Shown here: positions 50,457-60,113 of the stretch, piece after piece
Layout: each line of letters opens with the position of its first letter
Position numbering within the stretch: position 1 is the stretch's first letter
From: Fibrobacterales bacterium
Lineage (GTDB): Bacteria; Fibrobacterota; Fibrobacteria; Fibrobacterales; JAOPTW01
Assembly: GCA_051532035.1 (NCBI GenBank)
Contig: JAOPTW010000006.1
Span: 183,960 to 247,959 of the forward strand
Direction of reading: 5' to 3'
DNA: 64,000 nucleotides
The notes under the pieces: generated by a model
Database searches by the model: none
What the model saw: only the letters and a program-made list of their open reading frames with translations
What the model was told of the DNA's origin: nothing
Translations under genes and position numbers: made by a program

Positions 50457-51403
50457 TATACTGCCCCCTTATCCGAATCAATGGGACTATTCAAAACAGG
50501 CTCTTCCGAAGGTTTTGTTTGCTCTACAAACCCTTCAACATATTCATTGAGCATTACATTACTGGTATCATCAAGAGTCATTTTTGCAAACTTGATGAGA
50601 TCTGTTTTTTCACAAAACTGAGGGAGTGCTTCTTTGAGTTCTCCTTCAATTTCCGATATAAGCGTCACTCGTTCAAGGAGCTCTGCTGTTGTCGCTTCAG
50701 ATGCATCAACACTAAAACGACGAGAGATATAGTGTTTTAAAATTTCCGTTAACTCAAAGAAATGGTCTTTGTAAGCGCCTGTTTCCATAAGATTACGATC
50801 TTTCAGTTCAACCAACTGTTTTTTTGCTTCTTCATAAGGGGGGAGAACAACAGCCCCCTCTCTCTTTCTTTTACGGCGCATTAAAATGACAACCAAAATT
50901 ATCAGGACCACACAGACTACCCCAACAATGATCAACACTGTTTGAAGTGCCATCGGGACAGTAGCCACACCTTCAACTTCTAAGATGTCAGTGATATCCT
51001 CGCCATTTCTATTAAGAACCGTAATTTTAATAGGCTCAGTAAAAAGCTGAACTTTTGCCGTATCTCCTTTTGGAGAGAATTCAACAATTTGTGGGGGTAC
51101 TACATACTCCCCCGATAAGAAGGTCGACAACAGCAGTGTCCACTTTTGAGTACTCATTCCCTTTGCAGATACAGATTCACTCACTTGATGCTCACGCACT
51201 TCAAAGGTACCAAGGTTACCTATAAGCCCCGGTAGTTCTATCACTGAAGAGTCTGGGTATGATACAGTAATCACATATTCAAAGCGATCACCGATATAAA
51301 TTTCTGATCGGCTCACTGTGCTTTTGAGAGTAACTTCTTGCGCTACAAGACTCCCTACAAAAAGGAACATCAGAAATAGTATGGTTTTATAATGTCTCAT
51401 CAT
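50456..51403 (-). CDS. Bat-operon membrane protein (Ig-like + TM + helical domain)
   Basis: Signal, IGD, TM then RRKRK, PPYE.A, EATT.E, DLIKFAK. Confidence 0.75.
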   Translation of the reverse strand: MMRHYKTILFLMFLFVGSLVAQEVTLKSTVSRSEIYIGDRFEYVITVSYPDSSVIELPGLIGNLGTFEVREHQVSESVSAKGMSTQKWTLLLSTFLSGEYVVPPQIVEFSPKGDTAKVQLFTEPIKITVLNRNGEDITDILEVEGVATVPMALQTVLIIVGVVCVVLIILVVILMRRKRKREGAVVLPPYEEAKKQLVELKDRNLMETGAYKDHFFELTEILKHYISRRFSVDASEATTAELLERVTLISEIEGELKEALPQFCEKTDLIKFAKMTLDDTSNVMLNEYVEGFVEQTKPSEEPVLNSPIDSDKGAV

Positions 51404-51405
51404 AA

Positions 51406-52272
51406 CTACTTAATTTTATCCATATAGAGTTTTACATCATCTGCTTTGAGTAATTTATCAATGTATTGACTTACAAGTACATTTTGTTTCTGCATCATAT
51501 AGTCCTGGTGTACCTTCTGTTTTACTTGATCGTAACTCACCGTATCACCGTACTGGGCTTTATTTGCATTATAAAAGTTTATCACATCACTCTCAACAAC
51601 AGTTACGTCTTTAAGTTCCTCTTTAATAGTCGCCTGAGCCAGTATCTGTGTTTCAAGCTGAGCTATCTGTTGCTTTATCTCAGGGACTTCTGCGAGCCCT
51701 TTTCGTCGTGCAGCTCGTGCAGCAAGAATAGTCCCAATATAATTTTGAGCCATCTGCTGTTTTTTAATAGACTCTTCAGGTAGCTTTCCAAAAGTATTCT
51801 CTACCTCTTCAAGGGTAATTTTTTGATCACCAATCTCAGCAACCACAGTACCCGATACTGGTTCTACTTTTTTATTTAGCGTGACTACTTCAGAAACCTG
51901 CTGACTCGCATCAAGTGAACGGCCCAAACGCTCAAGGCAGAGCACCATATATTTATTAAGATTACCGTTAAACTTTTCTTTTGGGGCGATAGCTTTTATC
52001 TTTGTGTACGATGCCAACGCACCTTTATAATCGGCTAGATTATCTTTTTGAATGGTTGCAATCTGATACAATACATTTGCACGCTTTTTATTTTCTAAAG
52101 TATGATTGTTCAAAAGAGACTCATAGACCTCAATTGAAGCACGATACAGTTCTTGTTGTCTGAGTGCGGACGCCATTGTTTCAAGTTCATCTACACCATA
52201 TCCACCAGGAGTCTGACACCCTATAAGGCTCAAGACTGACAAAATAAGTAATAAGTTACGCACGTTTTCCAT
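51406..52272 (-). CDS. Lipoprotein with TPR and SurA/PrsA-N-like chaperone domain
   Basis: LIG-C lipobox, TPR helices, VVAEIGD.KIT..EV, A.A.RKGL, FY..NK; no parvulin core visible. Confidence 0.6.
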   Translation of the reverse strand: MENVRNLLLILSVLSLIGCQTPGGYGVDELETMASALRQQELYRASIEVYESLLNNHTLENKKRANVLYQIATIQKDNLADYKGALASYTKIKAIAPKEKFNGNLNKYMVLCLERLGRSLDASQQVSEVVTLNKKVEPVSGTVVAEIGDQKITLEEVENTFGKLPEESIKKQQMAQNYIGTILAARAARRKGLAEVPEIKQQIAQLETQILAQATIKEELKDVTVVESDVINFYNANKAQYGDTVSYDQVKQKVHQDYMMQKQNVLVSQYIDKLLKADDVKLYMDKIK

Positions 52273-53152
52273 TCTCCTTTGAGCGTCTAATAAAAAAGTT
52301 CACCAGAGGCTTTAGGGTCTCTTTATAGCTATCTTCGATCACAACCCGTACATAATCAACCGACATTTTTTTAAATACTTTTTCTAATTGATCTTGCTCT
52401 TTTGTTGCACGCTTTGCAAAGACCGCTCTAAACGATGCATCCCCAGAATCAACTAAAACAGTCTCTCCCGTTTCAGCATCTTCTAATTCCAAAAAACCTG
52501 CAGGGGGGAGTTCCATCTCACGAACATCACTCACATTTACCGCAAGAACATCATGACGCTGCTTGAGGAGCCTTAGACTCTTTTCAAATGATTCATCCTG
52601 AAAATCACTGACCACCATTACAACAGCACGTCGACGTATCATTTTTACCAAATGCTCAAACGCAACAGACATTTTAGTTCCACGGTGCTTTGGTTCAAAA
52701 TAGAGGAGTTCCCGTATCAAGCGCAAAACATGTTTCCTGCCCTTTTGAGGAGGAATAAAAAGTTCGACTTCAGTGGTAAAAATAAGAAGCCCAACTTTAT
52801 CATTATTTTTAATGGCCGAGAATGCAAGTAACGCCGATATTGTAGCCATCACCTCACCCTTCATCTCCTCCTTTGATCCAAAAGAGGCTGAAGCAGATGC
52901 ATCAACCACAAGCATTACCGTAAGTTCACGTTCTTCTGCGAACTTCTTTACATGCAAGTTTCCTGTCCGCGCAGTCACGTTCCAATCGATAGATCGAATA
53001 TCATCGCCCACTACATATTCACGCACTTCAGTAAACTCCATACCATTACCTTTAAAGGTAGAGTGGTATGCTCCAGCCATTACACTATTGATAATCCCTT
53101 TCGTGCTGATCTCAATGCGTTTTACTGTTTTTAATATCTCTTTATTTATCAT
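52256..53152 (-). CDS. DUF58 family protein
   Basis: G.G.EF.EVREY..GDDIR.IDWNVTAR, VK.F.EERE, D.SAS, VSDF. Confidence 0.92.
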   Translation of the reverse strand: MINKEILKTVKRIEISTKGIINSVMAGAYHSTFKGNGMEFTEVREYVVGDDIRSIDWNVTARTGNLHVKKFAEERELTVMLVVDASASASFGSKEEMKGEVMATISALLAFSAIKNNDKVGLLIFTTEVELFIPPQKGRKHVLRLIRELLYFEPKHRGTKMSVAFEHLVKMIRRRAVVMVVSDFQDESFEKSLRLLKQRHDVLAVNVSDVREMELPPAGFLELEDAETGETVLVDSGDASFRAVFAKRATKEQDQLEKVFKKMSVDYVRVVIEDSYKETLKPLVNFFIRRSKENGKRA

Positions 53153-53188
53153 TTATTTTTCTCAGAATGACACAATAATCGTTCAATG

Positions 53189-53296
53189 TTATGCGACTCT
53201 GTAGTTCTTGAAGTACAAGGAGTAGGGTCTCGAAGCCTATAACGAATAGGTGAGAGGTTCTGCAACATAGTAATTCATAACTACAGATGAGCATTA
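53189..53296. repeat. Palindromic element, copy C
   Basis: Imperfect ~27-nt terminal IR (TCTGTAGTT/AACTACAGA core), CAAGG at 53216, inner hairpin CCTAT-N5-ATAGG at 53236-53250, AACATAG at 53264; ends at the moxR stop. Confidence 0.7.
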
Positions 53297-54286
53297 GGGT
53301 ACTTCTACTGAATCAAAAATCTTTTGTACAATCATTTCACTCGAAATCTCTTCCGCTTCAGCCTCATAACTTAAAATCATACGATGACGAAGTACATCCA
53401 TACCTATTGATTTAATATCTTCAGGAGTCACATAAGCGCGTCCCTTCAAGAATGCATGGGCCTTTGAAGCCACTGCAAGATTAATTGAAGCACGAGGTGA
53501 CGCCCCTACCTCAATCATCTCTGTAAGATCCTTAATACCAAAGGCCATTGGGTCACGAGTTGCTGCAACTATCGAAACAATATAATCTTTAATACGATCA
53601 TCCATATACACTTCACGAACGACCTCTCTACATTTTAAGAGCTGTTCAGCAGTTACAACAGGTTGCGCTTTCTTTAATCCAGCCCCTGAAACAACGTCGA
53701 GAATTTCTCTCTCCTCAGACTGTGTCGGATAATCAACATGAAGTTTGAACATAAAACGGTCAACCTGGGCCTCAGGGAGTGGATAAGTACCTTCCTGTTC
53801 AATAGGGTTTTGCGTTGCAAGTACAACAAATGGTTCATCAAGCTTATAACTGGTATCACCAATGGTAATTTGACGCTCTTGCATCGACTCCAGAAGTGCT
53901 GATTGTACTTTTGATGGTGCACGATTAATCTCATCTGCCAAAATTATGTTACTAAACAATGGGCCTTTTTTTATTTCGAACTCACCCGTTTTTGCATTAT
54001 ATATTTGCGTACCCAAGAGGTCTGCAGGGAGTAAGTCTGGAGTAAACTGAATACGACTAAAATCAAGGGTTATTGCATCTGCAAATGCCTGAACCATAGT
54101 AGTTTTTGCAAGTCCTGGTAAACCTTCTAATAGAATGTGTCCATTGGAAAGCATACCGATGAGAATTTTTTCAAGCATCGCTTTTTGCCCAATCACCACG
54201 GTACTCACTTCATTAAGCAAGGCTGTGCCAAAACCACTATTTTCATTTACTCTTTCTGTTATTTGATTGATGTCTACAGAGTTCAT
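53294..54286 (-). CDS. moxR: MoxR-family AAA+ ATPase
   Basis: GHILLEGLPGLAKT, RIQFTPDLLPAD, LADEINRA, ATQNPIEQEGTYPLPEAQ.DRF, GASPRA. Confidence 0.95.
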   Translation of the reverse strand: MNSVDINQITERVNENSGFGTALLNEVSTVVIGQKAMLEKILIGMLSNGHILLEGLPGLAKTTMVQAFADAITLDFSRIQFTPDLLPADLLGTQIYNAKTGEFEIKKGPLFSNIILADEINRAPSKVQSALLESMQERQITIGDTSYKLDEPFVVLATQNPIEQEGTYPLPEAQVDRFMFKLHVDYPTQSEEREILDVVSGAGLKKAQPVVTAEQLLKCREVVREVYMDDRIKDYIVSIVAATRDPMAFGIKDLTEMIEVGASPRASINLAVASKAHAFLKGRAYVTPEDIKSIGMDVLRHRMILSYEAEAEEISSEMIVQKIFDSVEVP

Positions 54287-55176
54287 TATTCTTCCTCTTT
54301 TATTTCTAGGCATACACTCAATGTGTGTATGGTTTTCATTAATTCAAATTCTTCTCGTTTACCACCACCAAACTTAAGGTGATTACATTCATTCAATATA
54401 TGGTTCCACTCCGACTCACTTTCAACAGCTTGTTCGCGGTATTGTTGATAGAGCTCATGGATACTTAATTCTTCCTGGGGTGCATTCAGTTGCTGCTTCA
54501 ACCACTCATTCGCTAAATATTCAATTTGAGTGAGCACCTGTTTTGAATCAGCTTTTTTTATTCTCTTTTTTAAAAGGGCAATCTCATAAGAAAATTGAAT
54601 GCCACTCTCGTCAATATCAGCTGCTTGGGCGCTCTTTTTCTGCTTAAAAACTAAGCCTCCAATCATAATAATGAGTATAACAAATCCAATGATAAGATAT
54701 GTCACAGTTGTATCACGCATCGGTAAAATTTCAATACTGTGAGCGGGAACTTCCAATTCATATTTTTGACCCATATGTTCATAAGCAATTGTATAACGAT
54801 TACTCCCTGCAATTCCTGGTCCCTGGGTAATCAGTTTATAATGATAGGTAGTAATATTAAGGTACCCTTGTACCGAGTATACTTTCTTCTGATCAATATT
54901 CACCGATGCCAGTTCTAAATTATTAAACTGTGAACCTTCACTCGGCTGAAAAAGAAGCGGATGGCGCGCTTCAGAATAACTCAATACCACTGTAAATATA
55001 GCAGTATCACCAAGGGTAATCTCATCATAAGAAAAGTTTGATTTTAGAGTAACTACAGGGGATAATTGTTGTTCATCCGGCAAATCAGTAGCCAATGAGT
55101 CACTCTCCAAAAGCTGTGCAGCAATAGGGATAACTAACGCAACAATGAGTATAATAAGATGACGATTCAGTTTCAT
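54286..55176 (-). CDS. Hypothetical Ig-like + TM protein (BatD-like), first gene of the operon
   Basis: Signal, ITLGD, one TM, helical tail ending KFGG; TAATG-coupled to moxR. Confidence 0.6.
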   Translation of the reverse strand: MKLNRHLIILIVALVIPIAAQLLESDSLATDLPDEQQLSPVVTLKSNFSYDEITLGDTAIFTVVLSYSEARHPLLFQPSEGSQFNNLELASVNIDQKKVYSVQGYLNITTYHYKLITQGPGIAGSNRYTIAYEHMGQKYELEVPAHSIEILPMRDTTVTYLIIGFVILIIMIGGLVFKQKKSAQAADIDESGIQFSYEIALLKKRIKKADSKQVLTQIEYLANEWLKQQLNAPQEELSIHELYQQYREQAVESESEWNHILNECNHLKFGGGKREEFELMKTIHTLSVCLEIKEEE

Positions 55177-55304
55177 GGTCCTAACACTCTGTAAAAAAGT
55201 TTATTGAGGTCAATTTGAGCAATATTTGGTCATTTAAACGATGACTGAGAGCTCAAATAGTTATCATAGTTGAGAAGAAAAGTAACATTTTTTGCCGAAA
55301 AAGA

Positions 55305-55333
55305 GAAGAAAAAGCCCAGATTCACTGGGCTTT
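55305..55333 (-). terminator. Orphan intrinsic terminator in a divergent intergenic region
   Basis: AAAGCCCAG-N5-CTGGGCTTT with TTTTTCTTCT tail on the minus strand. Confidence 0.65.
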
Positions 55334-55529
55334 AGATAAGTGTAAGATATAAATGTAGTTGAGTATTAAGTGAAATCCTATTAAACAGGTTGCCTACCCT
55401 ACATATTAGACGTTCAGACTCCTCAAAGTGATACCATTAATTTCATACTTTAACTTTTTCTCTTATTTTTATTCCCACAACGAGATTTTGTGAGCCCTTC
55501 CTCATTATTTGCTACTTTTGTCCCTATAT

Positions 55530-56120
55530 ATGCTAATACCTGAATCACTTGACAACCTCATACATGCCCTGGCTAAGCTCCCAGGAATTGGACCTAAATC
55601 GGCGAAGCGTGTCGCGTTTTATCTGCTATCACAACCTCCCGAAGAGGCGCACCTTTTGAGTGATGCTATTAATGTTGCTAAATCGAAAATCCGATTCTGT
55701 TCACAGTGTTTTAACTATGCCGAAGAACCGCTCTGTCCTATCTGTTCAAACCCCAAAAGAGATACGTCAACTATCTGCATACTTGAAAAACACTCTGACC
55801 TCTACGCATTTGAGTCAAGTGGTGGCTTTTCTGGGGTCTATCATGTACTCGGTAATAACATTTCTCCTCTTGATGGTATTGGCCCAGAAGACATTCATAT
55901 CCCTGAGCTTCTTCAACGTTTAGGGGGAGTCACTGAAATTATACTTGCTATGAGCTCTAATGCTGATGGCGAGGCTACAGCACATTTTATCGATCGAGCT
56001 ATCGGCGATCGCCCCATTAAAAGAACACGACTGGCACGAGGCATACCTATGGGTAGTGAACTTGAGTACATCGACACCATGACTATTTTAAAAGCTCTCG
56101 AAGCACGGACCTCTCTATGA
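55530..56120 (+). CDS. recR: Recombination mediator RecR
   Basis: LPGIGPKSA.R, C4 zinc finger CSQC..CPIC, YHVL, GEATA, A.GIP.G.ELEY.D. Confidence 0.95.
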   Translation: MLIPESLDNLIHALAKLPGIGPKSAKRVAFYLLSQPPEEAHLLSDAINVAKSKIRFCSQCFNYAEEPLCPICSNPKRDTSTICILEKHSDLYAFESSGGFSGVYHVLGNNISPLDGIGPEDIHIPELLQRLGGVTEIILAMSSNADGEATAHFIDRAIGDRPIKRTRLARGIPMGSELEYIDTMTILKALEARTSL

Positions 56121-56716
56121 TAATTCATTCAGCTCAATTTGTTAAAGGCGCAGTAAATCTTTCTGGCATTCCCGAAGATGACTTCCCTCAAATCGCCTTT
56201 GCAGGTCGTTCTAATGTTGGTAAATCATCTCTCCAAAATGCACTTCTCAATCGAAAAAAGCTTGTAAAAACGAGCTCTACTCCAGGAAAAACTAGAGAGA
56301 TCAACTTCTTCCTTATTAATGAGAAATTCTATTTTGTCGACCTTCCAGGACTTGGGTATGCCAAGCTTTCAAAAAAGCTTCGTGGTGAAATCTCTGATTT
56401 TATTGGTGATTATGTCTTTCATAGCAAAAACCTACGTGCTGTCATATATCTCATAGATATTCGAACCAGTGGAACCGCTATCGACATTACTGCAATTCAA
56501 CATTTACTCGATACAGAGATTCCTGTCTTGCTTATTTTGACAAAACAGGATAAACTTAATGCTAAAGAGAGAAATAAAGCGGTTAAAGCACTCATGGAAA
56601 AACTGGACATCACCCAGAAGCCCCTAATGGTGAGTAGCTTTAAAAAAATTGGTCTCGATACTGTATGGAGTGCCATTGAGGAGTTATTTGCACTAGATGA
56701 TAAAGGAACAGCATAA
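56117..56716 (+). CDS. engB: Ribosome biogenesis GTPase YihA/YsxC
   Basis: GRSNVGKSS, S.TPGKT, DLPG.GY, TK.DK. Confidence 0.93.
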   Translation: MIIHSAQFVKGAVNLSGIPEDDFPQIAFAGRSNVGKSSLQNALLNRKKLVKTSSTPGKTREINFFLINEKFYFVDLPGLGYAKLSKKLRGEISDFIGDYVFHSKNLRAVIYLIDIRTSGTAIDITAIQHLLDTEIPVLLILTKQDKLNAKERNKAVKALMEKLDITQKPLMVSSFKKIGLDTVWSAIEELFALDDKGTA

Positions 56717-57569
56717 AAATTCCTACTCACTTCCCGGGATAGTACTTAGTAATCTCGGATCATGGGTTTCTCATACTTATGTCGGTCAGATTTTAATGCT
56801 CTTTCTCAAAGCCTCTTCTGCCCTTATCAAAAACACAGGAAACCGCACCAATACGCGTGACCAGGTAATCCGTCAAATTTATTTTACTGGTGTCGAAGCC
56901 GTTCCACTTATTTGTCTGATGGCCTGTATTTTAGGAACCATCGTAATTATTCAAGGCCTTGGTGGCATGAGTAAAGTCGGTTTTGACAATTTCTTTGGTG
57001 ACCTCATGGTACTGGTAATAATCCGAGAATTAGGGCCAGTCCTCACCGCCTTTCTTATAGCTGGTAGGACAGGCTCTGCCCTCGCCACACTCATAGGGAC
57101 CATGAAGGTGAAAAATGAGACTGATGCGCTCCAAACCCTCGGCATAGACCCCATCAACTACCTTGTTATGCCCGCGATTTGGAGTGGTACTATTGCGATA
57201 GTCGTCCTTACGTTCCTTTTTAATACCGTCGCTATCTGTGTTGGATTTTTAGTAGTCAAGGGCATACTCTTTATGTTTCAAGATGTCCTGCAGATTAGCC
57301 TCCAGTGGAGTCTTTACATGCAAGGTATCACTGATGCTATGTCTACAATCGATATTGTTCTTATCATTATTAAGCCCGCAATTTTTGGTATCATCGTTAC
57401 TACCGTTGCCTGTTATCAGGGCCTTGCACTCGATTATGATTTCAGAAATGTTCCAAAGGCAACACAAAAATCAGTGGTCCGCTCTTTTATTCTTGTTATA
57501 ATCGCTAATATGATCCTCTCCTTGCTCTACCTCCCTCAATACATTAAAAACTTATCGGGAGTTCTCTGA
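56697..57569 (+). CDS. mlaE: MlaE-family ABC permease
   Basis: RELGP.LTA...AGR.GS, G.MK..E.DAL..LGIDP, ACY.G. Confidence 0.88.
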   Translation: MIKEQHKNSYSLPGIVLSNLGSWVSHTYVGQILMLFLKASSALIKNTGNRTNTRDQVIRQIYFTGVEAVPLICLMACILGTIVIIQGLGGMSKVGFDNFFGDLMVLVIIRELGPVLTAFLIAGRTGSALATLIGTMKVKNETDALQTLGIDPINYLVMPAIWSGTIAIVVLTFLFNTVAICVGFLVVKGILFMFQDVLQISLQWSLYMQGITDAMSTIDIVLIIIKPAIFGIIVTTVACYQGLALDYDFRNVPKATQKSVVRSFILVIIANMILSLLYLPQYIKNLSGVL

Positions 57570-58339
57570 TGGAAGTCCTCAAACTTGATCACATTCATTT
57601 TAGTTACTCAAAACAAACTGTTTTAGATGACCTCAACCTTTCACTAGATTTTGGTGAAACCATTTGCATTTTTGGTGAAGGAGGCGGAGGCAAAACATCT
57701 CTCCTAAGAATTCTTGCTGGGCTCGAACGCCCCTCATCGGGTCATATTCGCATTTTTGGCGATGATATCGACATTGAACGAACTTCTGCTCTTGATCCAC
57801 TCAGAAAAGAAATCGGCTATGTCTTTCAAAATAGTGCTCTGATTCACTTTTTACCCGTACGGGCTAACATTGCTCTTCCTCTTGAATATGAAAATATACT
57901 TACCCCAGATGAAATAAAAATAAGAGTCGATTCTATAATCGATACGATGCTCCTTAAAGAATTTGAATGGGACTTTCCTTTCTCACTCAGTGAAGGTATT
58001 CAAAAGCGTGTTGCTATAGCAAGAACACTCGTTATGCAACCGAAAATTCTCGTAATGGACGAACCTACAACGGGGCTCGATTTAATTACCCAAAAGAGTT
58101 TATTGGCACTTCTTTTTAACTCAAGTCAGCTTCACCATACTTCTATTATCATCGTCACCCATGACCCCAATGTAGCGCGCTTACTCAATGCTCAAATCAT
58201 GGTTCTTCACAGTAAAAAGCTGACAAAAAAGATGTCTATTCCTGAATTTTTTGATCTAGATGTACCATTTGTACAAGATATGGTGTATGATATGAAAGAG
58301 CAGATAGAATCGGCGCGGCACGAATCCAAAGCTGATTAA
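57569..58339 (+). CDS. mlaF: MlaF-family ABC ATPase
   Basis: Walker A GEGGGGKT, FQ.SAL, LSEG..KRVAIAR, MDEPT.GLD, VTHD. Confidence 0.88.
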   Translation: MEVLKLDHIHFSYSKQTVLDDLNLSLDFGETICIFGEGGGGKTSLLRILAGLERPSSGHIRIFGDDIDIERTSALDPLRKEIGYVFQNSALIHFLPVRANIALPLEYENILTPDEIKIRVDSIIDTMLLKEFEWDFPFSLSEGIQKRVAIARTLVMQPKILVMDEPTTGLDLITQKSLLALLFNSSQLHHTSIIIVTHDPNVARLLNAQIMVLHSKKLTKKMSIPEFFDLDVPFVQDMVYDMKEQIESARHESKAD

Positions 58340-58380
58340 ATTTTTATCCTTTTTACCTCCTGCTTAAGCGCAACAGGGTT

Positions 58381-59352
58381 ATGAATAAATTACTCGGATT
58401 AAAACATTTCGATCCTCGGGATTTTAACAATCTATTTGTTGGTGCTTTTCTTTCTTTTGGAATACTTTTCTTCATTGTCCTGACTGTCTACATTTTATTA
58501 ACCAACGATTACTTTGTTAAAGAATACTCACTCTATTGTAACTTCGACAAGGGGCTTGGACTGAGAGAAGGTGCAGCTGTTCAGGTAAATGGTGTAGAAG
58601 TAGGTCACGTTGATCGTGTCTTTTTAGCAAACGATGGATCTGTTCAACTTGAGCTTAAAATACGTAAAATTAAAACACTCTCAAGTAAATGGATATATAA
58701 CCCTCATATCACCACCTCTTCTGTTGTTTATGCAACTAGAGACCAAAACCTGATTTCAGGACGTATTATATTTATTTCTCATGGTACAGATAATGGATCT
58801 ATACTTACTCCTGGCCAGTTTATCACTTCAAACGAGGCTCAAGACATAGAAACTGTTTTAACCAATGTTCTTAAGCTCATTAATAAGTTCGAAAAAATTG
58901 CCAATGCAACAGATACCCTTATCACCATGTCGAAAGACCCTTCATCCTCAATAGGATCATTGCTCGCAGACAATACCCTCTATACAACAATAATGAAACA
59001 ACTTCATAGCCTTGACACCTTAAATCAACGGGCTAATAGTGTCGTTTCCATGATTCACAAGGACATGGGTCCACTTTTAAATCGAGCTGATACTATTGTC
59101 AACAACGTTGTTGAGATTTCTAAAAAGGGAAATAAATTAATCAACAACGTCGATACAACCTTAGTACAGATTGGAAGTATTGTGCTTCAGACTGACACAC
59201 TTATTACAAATCTCAATAACCTTATGGCTAACAGTGAAGAGAAAATTGAACGAGCAGATGACTTAGTAAAAAGTATAAGTTCCTTCTGGTTTATCGAAAA
59301 TTCACTGCCCGACTTAAATACCATACCATTAATTGAGGATGATATATGGTAA
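58381..59352 (+). CDS. mlaD: MlaD/MCE-domain protein
   Basis: N-terminal TM, GL..GA.V..NGV.VG.V, helical tail with SIG.LL.D..LY. Confidence 0.85.
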   Translation: MNKLLGLKHFDPRDFNNLFVGAFLSFGILFFIVLTVYILLTNDYFVKEYSLYCNFDKGLGLREGAAVQVNGVEVGHVDRVFLANDGSVQLELKIRKIKTLSSKWIYNPHITTSSVVYATRDQNLISGRIIFISHGTDNGSILTPGQFITSNEAQDIETVLTNVLKLINKFEKIANATDTLITMSKDPSSSIGSLLADNTLYTTIMKQLHSLDTLNQRANSVVSMIHKDMGPLLNRADTIVNNVVEISKKGNKLINNVDTTLVQIGSIVLQTDTLITNLNNLMANSEEKIERADDLVKSISSFWFIENSLPDLNTIPLIEDDIW

Positions 59353-60113
59353 AGATCCCAACACTCTTAAATATCATAATTAGTATAACTGTTTTAGCAT
59401 TTTCAAGCGAGTCCGGCTCAGCTGCATACCGCGCTGCTCATTTTTATGCAAAGGGTAATTACGACAAATCAATTCTTCACTTTAACCGCGCCATTGACGC
59501 AGCCAAAAAAGAGGCCAATTTAATAACAGAAAACAAATTATTACTTAATCTTGCCGCTCTCTACATTCAAAAACTCGACAAACGTGCAGCAGATTCACTC
59601 CTAAGTCTCGTTAGAAAAGATTTTCTAACAGATATAAACGACTATTTTCTTCTTATTAGCTTTGAATCTGCTCTAATCGACGGTTCTTGTATCACGAGTC
59701 CCCTTTTTAAAAAAATTGCCCAATTGGAAGACATTGACAGTAGAATTGTTGCTCGCTCAAAACTAAAACTTGCTCAATGTGTTCTTACTAATGCTCCAAC
59801 TCAAAGCATTTCGAAATTCATTACTGATGCAGAGGAGGTACTTGTTGAAAGTGGTCAATTACAATTTATTCTTGGACTACAGGATCAGAGCAAAAATAAT
59901 CACAGTAAAGCCTTACTTCATTTTAAAAAAGCTCTTTCTATAGCACAAAAAAAAGAACGATATTATCGTTCAGGTATAATATTATACCACATGGCATTAT
60001 CTGCAAGAAAAGAAACCCCCACCCAAGCACAGCTCTTTTTTATTCGATCGTTTCAAGTCTTCGACAAATTAAAGCTTGATGCTTGGAAGCGTATTATTAG
60101 CTCTCACCTTTAA
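59346..60113 (+). CDS. Exported TPR-like protein, last gene of the mla operon
   Basis: Signal-like N-terminus, TPR-like helices, overlaps the mlaD stop. Confidence 0.6.
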   Translation: MVKIPTLLNIIISITVLAFSSESGSAAYRAAHFYAKGNYDKSILHFNRAIDAAKKEANLITENKLLLNLAALYIQKLDKRAADSLLSLVRKDFLTDINDYFLLISFESALIDGSCITSPLFKKIAQLEDIDSRIVARSKLKLAQCVLTNAPTQSISKFITDAEEVLVESGQLQFILGLQDQSKNNHSKALLHFKKALSIAQKKERYYRSGIILYHMALSARKETPTQAQLFFIRSFQVFDKLKLDAWKRIISSHL

